Assembly: GCF_001194135.2 (NCBI RefSeq)
Contig: NC_068999.1
Coordinates: 33,036,931-33,100,930 of the forward strand
Length of the DNA stretch: 64,000 nt
Source of the DNA: Octopus bimaculoides
Lineage: Eukaryota
Direction: 5' to 3'
Part shown: piece after piece, positions 53,753 through 64,000 of the stretch
Layout: the number at the start of each line of letters is the position of its first letter
How positions within the stretch are numbered: the stretch's first letter is position 1
Position numbers and translations under genes: made by a program
The notes under the pieces: model-generated
What the model was told of the DNA's origin: nothing
The model's database searches: none
Seen by the model: only the letters and a program-made list of their open reading frames with translations

Positions 53753-55671
53753 GTAAGTAATATCTTCCTTCAAGTTTATCCAAACATTCATGGGACAAGT
53801 CTTTTTACTTTTCTGTTTTCTTTTTAATTTTCTGTTTCCTTTTCTGTAAAGCTTGCTCCAGGCTCTGGTGTCTGTTGTCCTTCTTATACATCTCTGCCAC
53901 TCTTATCTTGCTTCTCATCATCTCTTTTCTCTCTGCCAATGTCGCAAGAAGGATTAAGGATTACCATGTTAACACCTCCAAAATCATGGAATCATTTTCA
54001 ATGTCTTGTGGTTCCACAAATGTACAGCTTCATAACAGTTTCACAGCCCATTACAGAATTAGTCATGGTAACCCATTTGTTAAGGGTCTACTCTAGCCCT
54101 GACCCCATTGACCCCATTCTTAATTTCTTTTCACATCAAAAAATAGCAACAACATCAACAAATTTGTTTTTGTTTTGCTTTTTTTTTTCTGTATATTTGT
54201 AGTCCTTAAAAGACGGATCCCATCCAGTAGAGGTAAGACCCTGGTGAGCTGAGTCTCAGACCTAGCTTTAAGTTGCTGTTGTAGCAGTTTCACTTCACGT
54301 ATCTTACTAATTCTCTTGGTCATCACATATTCTTGCTTCTCCTTCTTTCTCTCACTGAGAATGTGTGGAGGAGAGGGTCTGCAATGAAGTAGAAGTAAGC
54401 TTTGTGGTTTCAGTTCCCTGTTGTATCCACTTCACTTACATCACAAATGTTTTGGGGAAAGACATGAAAGCCATCACATCACAACATGCAATATTTCTTA
54501 TTTCTTCCTTACAATCTCAAAAGTATTGCTTGCTTAAGGACTTTTCTTTTAATGTGCAGGTTCAGGATTAAGGATATTTTGTGAACCTTCACTCAACAAA
54601 TATTTAATTTGGTTGACATCAAAAGTCACTTATTAAACATAATGGAATGTTAAAGTTAGAATGCTTTAAAATCTGATTGTGATGTTATTTTGACGTGGAT
54701 CAGAGGAATTACTTATGACTTTGGCAGTCAATAGGCACATAAAGGTACATGGTTCAGTGTTTAGAGTGTTGGGCTCACAATCATGAGGTAGTGAGTTCAA
54801 TTCCTGAATTGGGCTGTGTTGTGTTCTTGAGTAAGACACTTTATGTGATGTTGCTCCAGTTCACTCAGCTGTAGAAATGATTTGTGATGTCACTGGTGCC
54901 AAGCTGTATCGGAGAGGGGAGGCTGGTATGCATGGGTGACTGACTGCTGGTCTTCCATAAACAACCTTGCCCAGACTTGTGCTTCAGTGGGTAACTTTCT
55001 AAGTGCAGTCCCATAACTGAAGGGGGTCTTTATGGCAGTCGATACACTTTATCTAATCTTAGATTTTCATTCCTTGTTATTGCCATTTAACTTCATTTGC
55101 ATTCCTAATTCTTTTGCAAAATGCTTGAATATCACAAAATCTCATTCCTGTTCTCCTCAGGTGGTGTGTATATTTACATCATTATATAGTTGATATTGAA
55201 ATATATACACATACACATCTAACAGTATATGTATGTACCCTGCGTAGGTATATAATACATTGATACACATGCTTTCTCATTCACTCATGCATTATACACG
55301 CTTTTTCACTCACAGGTTGAATTTCTGTCAACCCATATACGGCCATCTGCACTAATGCAAAATTTATGAGTTTGCTCACAGGTTGAGCATTTGTTGTCTC
55401 ACCTGGGAAAGAAATGCTGTGTTGGTTGCTTCTTGCAACTTTCTACAGATTTGCTCTGCTTTGTGAAAGCTCCATCATAAATGATCCGTCTTCACGTGTG
55501 ATGATCATCCAACTACAATTACCAATTACATTAATGAAGCATTTTTGCAAACTTCATTTATCTTCATCTTTTTTTTTTCTTTTACATGTTTCAGTCATTA
55601 GACAACAGCCATGCTGGAGCATGACTTTGAAAGGTTTAGTCAAACAAAATGCTCCCCATTTTTTAAAAAGT

Positions 55672-55950
55672 TTTATTCTTTAAGTCTATCTATTTCTTTT
55701 TGCTGAACCACTAAGTTTTGGGGATGTAAACAGACTAACTCCTGTTGTCAAGCATTGGAGGTGGGGGTCAAACAAGTGCATGCACACACATATACACACA
55801 ACAGGTTTCCACACAGTTTCTATCTACCAAATTCAATCGCAAGGCATTAATCGGCCCAGAGCTATAGTAGAAGATGCTTACCCAAGGGGCCATAAAGTGG
55901 AACTGAACCTGATGCCACATGATTGCAAAGCAAGCTTCTTAACCACACAG
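55672..55950 (-). mobile_element. SINE family A
   Basis: Reverse complement of the family A head and body; another minus copy lies at ~63110-63270. Confidence 0.75.
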
Positions 55951-56448
55951 CCATGCTTCTACCTGAATGTGTATCTCTGAAACAACTCTTTTGTCATCAT
56001 TATTGTTGTCGTAAATGTTGATGATGAAAATGAAACCCGTAAAAAAATGGGTATGACAACTGCATTCAGTTTGGTTGTTGGTCTCAGAGTATGGAATTTC
56101 ATAGATCCACATTTTACACAACCAAAAATTCTATTGATGTATTTTAGCCAATGATGAATCTCTTTACCAGTATCTGTGTTCTGTGACAGGTGACTGGCTG
56201 GACCAGGTTCCTTCTTGTTGTGTGTTTGTTGAAACAACACCTTCATATGTATTAGTAATTACAGGTTTTCTGCCAAAGTTGCACTAACCTGTGGTATCAT
56301 CTGCACATTGATGTAGTTCAGTTACTAATGTAGTTGTGGTTTTTGTCCTGTTGTTAAGCAAGAGTGGAATGGCTTGCCATTTCTGCAGTACGAGTTTAAC
56401 TATAGTCAGTACAAACATAGTGAAGAGAAAGATGAAAGGTGTGTGTGC

Positions 56449-56483
<35 letters not shown>

Positions 56484-57319
56484 TGCACACATTAGGTAGA
56501 TAGATACTTAATACATGCATCCACACTATGAAGTTGAATATATGATAGAGACAATTACAAAATATATTCTGACCAGTCTCCTGAAAAAGTTGAAGAGATC
56601 CCAACTACTCCATGCATCACAGTAATGCCACCCTATTGCCATTCTCACTGCTACCATTGTCATCCTTCACCTTTCATGCGACACTTCCTGCACATACCAT
56701 CTTATTGTCTGTATCACCAGCTACTGTCTGATCACCTCAGCTAAACTTCACCACAAGCAATATTTTGTTCTATCTATCTGTTGGTCTATATAGCTAACTA
56801 TCCATCTGTATATGTTGGTCTATCCATCAACATTTCTCTCTTGATCTCTTTATATATGTCATTCTGTCTATATAACTTTATATCAGTCTATCTTCCTCTG
56901 TCTGTATCTGTTATGCTTCTTTCTCTCTATCTTTTCTCCCCCCCCCCCCGCTCTCTCCTGTTACATATGTCTTAAAGATATTTACTTTTATTTAATTCAT
57001 GTGCTATATATTTATATTAATTTAACTAGCACCTAGGTTTTTCCCTTTAACAGCTTGTTAAGCCACTGGGGCAAAACTTGAGGTCCCAAGACAAATCAAT
57101 ATAATCAATAAATTTCACTCTTTGAATAAATGCTTTTGTTTTTCAACAAGCCAATTCACTATACCAAATGACATATATGTGCAAATATATATACACATGC
57201 ACGCAAGCTTGGCACCAAGAATATTTAGCAAAGAGTGAAGCTGAAAGTAAGAATTTTGCAAACGTTCCGTGACATAACAATCAGATATATGAAGTAGTCT
57301 GGATTACAAGGCTGCATGG

Positions 57320-58010
57320 GAGGAAATGGATGTCATTGGAGAGAAGGGTGTGTATGGAATGATGTTGGGTAAAAACTTGCAAGAGGTTGTTGAATGCATG
57401 GGAGAAAGACCGTTCAACAAAATTGCCCTCAGCCTCATTAGTGGCCCTGATGTGGGAGAGAGCAGAATCTCATTGAAATATGCTTGCACCCATCCACTTC
57501 CTTGATTCAGTACTTGACTGCTGGTAGAAGCATCTATCATGAGATCCTGCTGGAAAAGAAGTGAATGGCATAACATGGCCCTTCATTGTTCATAATCCTC
57601 AGAACTATTAGAGACCAGGGCAGATCAGTGTGCATCATCATGGACACATCTATGGGTCCATATAGAGCTTCCTATCACAACTCCAGTTCACCTTCTGGTT
57701 CTGGTCAAAGTTTTCATTAGAGAACCTAGAGGAGGATTGTGTTTAGCATTCATTTTGACTGGATCTCAAAATTTTCCTGGATTCTACTTCAAAGTGATGG
57801 CCCTCATCAACCTACTGGGATCGTTATTGATGATGTCCTGGACCTGTTGGACAAATCTGGCCATCTTGACATTGAATGACTGTTGAGAATGTGTCTTTTT
57901 ATTGGTCACAAATGTCACAAGCCCTTGCTCAATGAAGAACCCATCCATGTTCTGCTAGTGATCTCTGAGTCAACAGGGTTGGCAGCTAAAGCCATGAACG
58001 CAAAGTAGCT
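57320..58010 (-). mobile_element. Possible degenerate non-LTR reverse transcriptase remnant
   Basis: GC-richer block; minus-strand AILL../FSHAFNNL resembles the RT motif D(F)SNAFN. Heavily frameshifted. Confidence 0.35.
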
Positions 58011-58386
58011 TTTCATTTTCTTTGTCATATTAGAATTTGCCTTGTTGATGCTAACACCTGGAAGAGAAATTTGAAACATTCTGTGTAACAGTTTATTTTG
58101 TCTTCCATTTATGGCTGGCTAAATTTTGTTCATAAAAAACTCGGTACATCCTACACATATCTATACCTACTTCTCTCTATATATGTATGTCCCTCTCTCT
58201 TTGTTTCTTTTCTCATTTTGTTTTTTGCCTTTCTGTTTGTTTTTTTTTATCCTTTCTCTTTATATTCAGCTTCATTTTCCATGTCCATGTATAATTTGGT
58301 ATATTTTAATGTATAAAGTAAATAAAGCGATATAGACAATGTATATGTAACTGTTGTGTGTGTGAATGTGATCTATGGATGTAATT

Positions 58387-58430
<44 letters not shown>

Positions 58431-58604
58431 CATGTATNNNNNNNNNNNNNNNNNNNNNNNNNNNNNNNNNNNNNNNNNNNNNNNNNNNNNNNNNNNNNNN
58501 NNNNNNNNNNNNNNNNNNNNNNNNNNNNNNNNNNNNNNNNNNNNNNNNNNNNNNNNNNNNNNNNNNNNNNNNNNNNNNNNNNNNNNNNNNNNNNNNNNNN
58601 NNNN

Positions 58605-58921
58605 TATACACTCCATATCTGACCTCCTAATCAGGTAGTATGTCATGTTGTAAATATCTGAAGCACAAGTTTGACTGAGTGGTTGCAAAGTTTGTTTCAC
58701 AGCAATTTGGTTCCAGGTTTCATCACATTACTCGGCACTTGGACAAGTATCTGTTCTGTGCGTGGGAGAGTGTGTGTGTGTGTAGCTGGGCAAGACTGCA
58801 TATTCCATGTATAAACACAATCCAGTCTAAATGTACTTAAACTATTCTCCTCTTTTTTCAGTTTCCAACCACATTTAATTCGACTCCCCTCCCCTCCTGC
58901 ATGTCATTGTGTACACATGTA
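58605..58921 (+). repeat. 317-bp direct duplication, copy 1 (copy 2 at 61701-62017)
   Basis: The copies are identical apart from one substitution I could see (tatctg vs tacctg). Copy 1 starts exactly at an N gap. Confidence 0.9.
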
Positions 58922-59357
58922 GATGTTTATGCTTCTCTCCTGGTATCCCAGGTCTAACTTGTTGCTCTACTACTCACACTAAAAATTGAAACACCATTAA
59001 CCATATTAACATTTAACTGGCAACATTGTATTCAAAACCCTCTTAATTCAAATTAAGATTTCATCAACTGCCCATATTTTCATGTTGTTGCATGCCATTA
59101 GCATTCTTTCTAAAATTCCTGTGAAATTTCTTTTTGTCATTTTTGCTGCAATAATTTCATTAAATTTTATAATTTCATATTATTTGCTACACAATATTGT
59201 GTGTGTATATAGATATATAGAGATAGATAGATAGATAGTTATTCGTTTTGAAGTGATTTCATTTCATTTTGTTGCAAACATTATATTTATTGAAACTGCT
59301 AGTGAAGGAATTCTTTTAATTTCAGGTTTGCATTACTGCAGCTTCCGAATTATGGCA

Positions 59358-59394
<37 letters not shown>

Positions 59395-60116
59395 CATGTA
59401 TATGTGTGATTGTGATTGTGTGTATGTGTGCACACGGTAATGTTAAGAATGGCTGATGCTGGCTGTTCATTGTTGTGTTGTAGATGACTTTTGCATGTTT
59501 ATTGTTGTTCTTCCCATGTTTCATTTTTTACATTCTGAATTAAGATAGAATATTCTAGAATTGTGGATCTCATCCATTTCTTAACTATTTTCAGCTTCTC
59601 AAAAGCCATGGTGGGCCCATTTGAGGCTAAAGAGACTTTATTCTCACCTAAATGAGTAAATTAGGAAAATAAGGATTAATGAGTCCTTATGCTGATCCTT
59701 AGAATATCCTCTGTGGGAGTTTGCTACACTGTCATCATATGTTTGATAATCTACGTCTAGTTTCTGAAAAAAAAATATCACAGATGATTACATTTAAAAT
59801 GTATCTTAAAATTGATTAGACTGTTTATTGATGAACTAGTAAAGGTTATTGCGTATGGCAGACCCTACAAATGTCAGTTAAATATTTCGTGGTTTATGTG
59901 ACGAGTACTTAGTGGGTTAATAGGGACTATTATGTGAGAACCCACAATTGACTGTCAAATACATCAGGTCAGTTATTATGTGGGACTCTACAACTATCAG
60001 GCATTTGATATTTTAGGGGGTTATTGTAGCAGACTTTACAATTAGCTGTTAAATATTTAATTTCTCTAACTCATATTGTCTCCTTGCTAATTCTTCTTTC
60101 ATCTATCTTTATTTAG

Positions 60117-60164
60117 GTGGTGATGAACCTATCTTATCATATGAAGCAGTCATACAGCAGGAGT
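60117..60164 (+). CDS. dlg1: Discs-large exon: start of GK region, (R)GDEPILSYEAVIQQE
   Basis: Acceptor atttag and donor t|gtaagt; 48 nt, phase 1 to 1. Matches RGQEEYVLSYEPVNQQE. Confidence 0.95.
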
Positions 60165-60239
60165 GTAAGTAGGGTGTTTTCTGGTGATTTTTAGCTATTC
60201 TGCCCAGTATTTACTTTAATGGTATTCTCTCTCTCTCAC

Positions 60240-60275
<36 letters not shown>

Positions 60276-60285
60276 NNNNNNNNNN

Positions 60286-60328
<43 letters not shown>

Positions 60329-60424
60329 TTTTCAATCTGTCTATACTCACTCAATCCCTCCTCTCTTTTTCCCCAAAACTATGTAAGTCTTAATTTACAA
60401 CACTCTGACATTTCTCTGTTGCAG

Positions 60425-60526
60425 TGAAGTACACACGGCCTGTCATTATCTTGGGGCCCTTGAAGGATAGGATAAACGATGATTTGATCTCTGAATTTCC
60501 TGACAGATTTGGCAGCTGTGTACCAC
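60425..60526 (+). CDS. dlg1: Discs-large exon: guanylate kinase-like domain, (L)[33 protein letters not shown](H)
   Basis: Acceptor ctgttgcag and donor c|gtaagt; 102 nt. [29 protein letters not shown] is the DLG GK signature. Confidence 0.98.
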
Positions 60527-61186
60527 GTAAGTAGTTTTATTTTTTTTCTCCTAATAATAAGGGTGTGATGGGAGTTCCCTGCTATCTGAGATTTTGGAGC
60601 CTTAAAACAAGAAATAAAAGGTTTGCTTATGTCATTTGTTGTACAAGTTTATAAGGTATGTCAATTCTGATGGTTGATTATGTAACTTCAATGCTGTCTT
60701 AAGCTTTTCTTTGGAAAAGATTGTATAATGATCACCAATACTTGTGTCATATAGTAAACTACTACTACTACCACAAATTGGTTAATCAGATGTGATACAG
60801 TTTGTTATATCTGAAATATTGGTTGACCAATCACAGCTGGGATGACAGACACATATAGTAAGATGGCAGGTAGGTAATTAAGGTTATCGAAAACCAAATG
60901 TAAACCTAATCAACTTTTCACTGTTGACCTTGCTACAACAAGGTTCCGTTTGCCAAGAAATTTGTTGAGAAGTGAAACCAATGAAAGAAAGAAAGAGAAA
61001 GAGTACAACTACCATACAAAAGGCCCTATAAAATGTCCTTGGAACCTTACTATAAACCTCACCACATTATACACTATCGCTTACACATCCTCACTACAGC
61101 ATCACACATCCTTAAAATCAGCAAAGGAGTCTGCATGAGTGCTTGAACCGCTAGAAGAGCCTTCAGATCACACACAACTGCTTTAA

Positions 61187-61394
61187 CCTTTTCGTTGCCA
61201 GATTTCTTTTGAGATGCTCTGCCATTGTTTCAATTAATTGTGAAAATAACTGAAGGATTTAATAAAATGACTGTCATCATTAAGCTAGTGATTAGAACAT
61301 GTAATTAAAATATTATTTAATTTAGATCACTTTAAAACAGAACGTTTGCGTTACAAAACCAGGGGTAGTCTTAAATGGATTGGTATCAAAGGGG
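61187..61394. mobile_element. piggyBac-type MITE, second family
   Basis: TTAA at 61183-61186 and 61395-61398. TIR ccttttcgttgcca / tggtatcaaagggg. Confidence 0.65.
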
Positions 61395-61400
61395 TTAAAC

Positions 61401-61656
61401 CAGTGATTCTCTACAATTTTTTACCTATGAACCCCTTTGATCCCTATTTTACTCGGTTAGACCCTCATAGTCATTCAATGTTTTAAAAGAACCTTATTGT
61501 ATATTTATAATTGAATATTATTAGGAATTGTATAAAAATATTGTTAAAATATTTTGTGTAATGTAGCAGTATAACTAATTCATTGCACATAAATTATAAC
61601 AGCAAAATCTTTTCTTGATCCCTAAGGGTCACATGAATCCTGGTTGAGAACCACTG
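61401..61656. mobile_element. hAT-like MITE, copy 3
   Basis: TIR cagtgattctc / ggttgagaaccactg. The 8-bp flanks ggttaaac and ggtcaaat match 6/8, consistent with a decayed hAT target duplication. Confidence 0.75.
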
Positions 61657-63072
61657 GGTCAAATAAAGGACACTGTAGCTCTATGCAAACCACTTTATTC
61701 TATACACTCCATATCTGACCTCCTAATCAGGTAGTATGTCATGTTGTAAATACCTGAAGCACAAGTTTGACTGAGTGGTTGCAAAGTTTGTTTCACAGCA
61801 ATTTGGTTCCAGGTTTCATCACATTACTCGGCACTTGGACAAGTATCTGTTCTGTGCGTGGGAGAGTGTGTGTGTGTGTAGCTGGGCAAGACTGCATATT
61901 CCATGTATAAACACAATCCAGTCTAAATGTACTTAAACTATTCTCCTCTTTTTTCAGTTTCCAACCACATTTAATTCGACTCCCCTCCCCTCCTGCATGT
62001 CATTGTGTACACATGTATCAGTCTGTTCAAACCAAGTTGGCCTGGAGTTAACAAACATGTCTTTACTGCCACACTACAACAACAATAGTGAAGGTGCATG
62101 ACTTAGTGGTTAGGGTATCCAGCTCCCAACCGCAAGGTCATGAGTTCAATTCCTGGCAATACGCTGTGTCCTTGAGCAAGACACTTTATTTTACATTACT
62201 CCAGTCCACTCAGCTGGCAAAAAATGAGTAGTACCTGTCTTTCAAAGGGCCAGCACTGTCACACTCTGTGTCACTCTGAATCTCCCTGAGAACTACATTA
62301 AGAGTACACGTGTCTGTGGAGTGCTCAGCTGCAGTAGTCTGACTGGCAGAAGAGACCAAGAAACTAGAGAAGACTGAATGGATAAGAACTAGATACACAC
62401 CTATGTCACAATAGGTTAGAAGTCTGATCCTGTTTTTTGTTTTTTCATGCTGGGCATAGATTGGTTGAGATTTAACAAGAGGCTCTTCCTGTTACCAATT
62501 ATTCCTTGCTTTCAAGTAAGGAATTTTATTCTACTGGTCTTTGTATGTAATCAAGTGGATAAGGTGTTGGTTTACAATCATAAGGTCATAGAATCAATTT
62601 CTGGCCAAGTAATACATTTTGTCTTTAGCAAGTCGCTTCATTTTGCATTTACTGTAGTTGACAGCCTACTGCTGGTGCAGCTCTCTCTCCAGCTGCCACT
62701 TCCTCAATGTTCTGCTAGATCAAGAAGATGGAGGGTCAACTTCTTGTCTGCTTAGGACGACATTGGCATTTAAAACAATTAGCAAAAACATGGTACATAC
62801 TACCAGGTCATAGTCACGTGAGTGTGATAGCTGTAACGGTTATGGTTATAGTTTACATCACATGTCAAACCACTGAGTTTACAGAATATATATTAGTGAC
62901 AGAGGTAATATTTATCCCCATTTAAACATAGGATGTTCTGCTAGAATAGACTATACCACAATATAGTTCTAACAGCACATCCACATTTAAGTGGGGATGA
63001 ATATTGCCTCTCAGAAATAAATAAATGTCACCACTGGACAATATGTGGAATTGTGAAGACAAGTTGAGACAG

Positions 63073-63110
<38 letters not shown>

Positions 63111-63680
63111 CAGGCTTCCATACAATTTCTATCTTCCAAATTTTATTTACAAATCATTAGTCAACCCAAGGCTGTAGCGAAGGACACTTGTCCACAGTGC
63201 CACGTAGGTATGGATCAAACCCAAAACTACAGGGTTTTGAAGCAAACTTCTTAACTACAAAGCTATGCCTGCACCTTTTATAAACATATACCCACACATG
63301 TTATATACATGTGTGGGTTGTAAAATCTCCCATGTAATCAGTGTAGATACACAATGTTGATGCTAGCTTGGTGTGTTGCTACATTATAATTTATTAGCAG
63401 AAATACTGCCATTCTGGCAGTTTTCTGCTAGCCACTTAATAATAATTTCTCAGTTCTAATAATTTTTATATTTTATGTCTAATTATTTCTTTGTATAATA
63501 GTATTTACTTGCTTAGTAAATATTGCTTTCATCATTTTATCACAGTTATAATCTCTTTTTTAAACAAACATCGAAGTAGTCCAACTACAGAGGAGTGAGT
63601 AGTTTGTCAAGTTTACCTTCCCCTCAAAGCAACATACAAATTTCAATTCAGCATTCCATCTGTAAGCTTTGCAGTATGTT

Positions 63681-63712
<32 letters not shown>

Positions 63713-64000
63713 GGGGGAGCATTGTAAACGATGAAAGAAATAAACATGAAATGAAAAAATCATAAATAAAAGGGCATAACTATAGATGTATATGCCCCCA
63801 TCTTTGTTGCCTCATAATATTTTAAAAGGATATTTTTTAACGAAATTTTAAATACCGCTTAGATGTTGTGGCTTCAGAGTACATAGGGATTTATAGGAAA
63901 GAATTTTTCCGATGGAGTGGAGAGAGAAGTTTGGGAAAAAAATCACACAATCCAACTTTTTTTCCCTCATAACATTCAGGAAAATGGCTATCTTTTAATG

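Noticed and set aside
60527-64000. Next GK exon (HTTRP...DYHFV)
   Set aside because: Not found; the gene continues beyond the window.

Overview
This is AT-rich, microsatellite- and SINE-dense eukaryotic DNA with scaffold N-gaps; the repeat families suggest an octopus or other coleoid cephalopod (inference). The window is almost entirely intronic sequence of a plus-strand discs-large (dlg1/MAGUK) gene. Seven exons are readable and splice in frame (PDZ3-SH3 linker, SH3, HOOK, I3-like insert, ASDS linker exon, and two exons entering the guanylate-kinase domain). The gene runs off both ends of the window. The ORF-track entries are almost all noise from microsatellites or TE fragments. The most interesting observations are two. 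(1) A series of in-frame phase-1 microexon candidates (3, 21, 21 and 36 nt) spread over about 24 kb between the I3 and GK exons, several with TGC/TGCATG motifs at the acceptor. (2) A 601-bp Penelope-like insertion at 51221-51821 with a GIY-YIG remnant, a tRNA-like Pol III head and two inverted, mutated minimal hammerhead-ribozyme motifs. Also present: head-to-tail Meta-type SINE arrays, several MITE families, and Tc1, RTE, CRE and Gypsy remnants. No databases were searched; all family assignments come from motif recognition.
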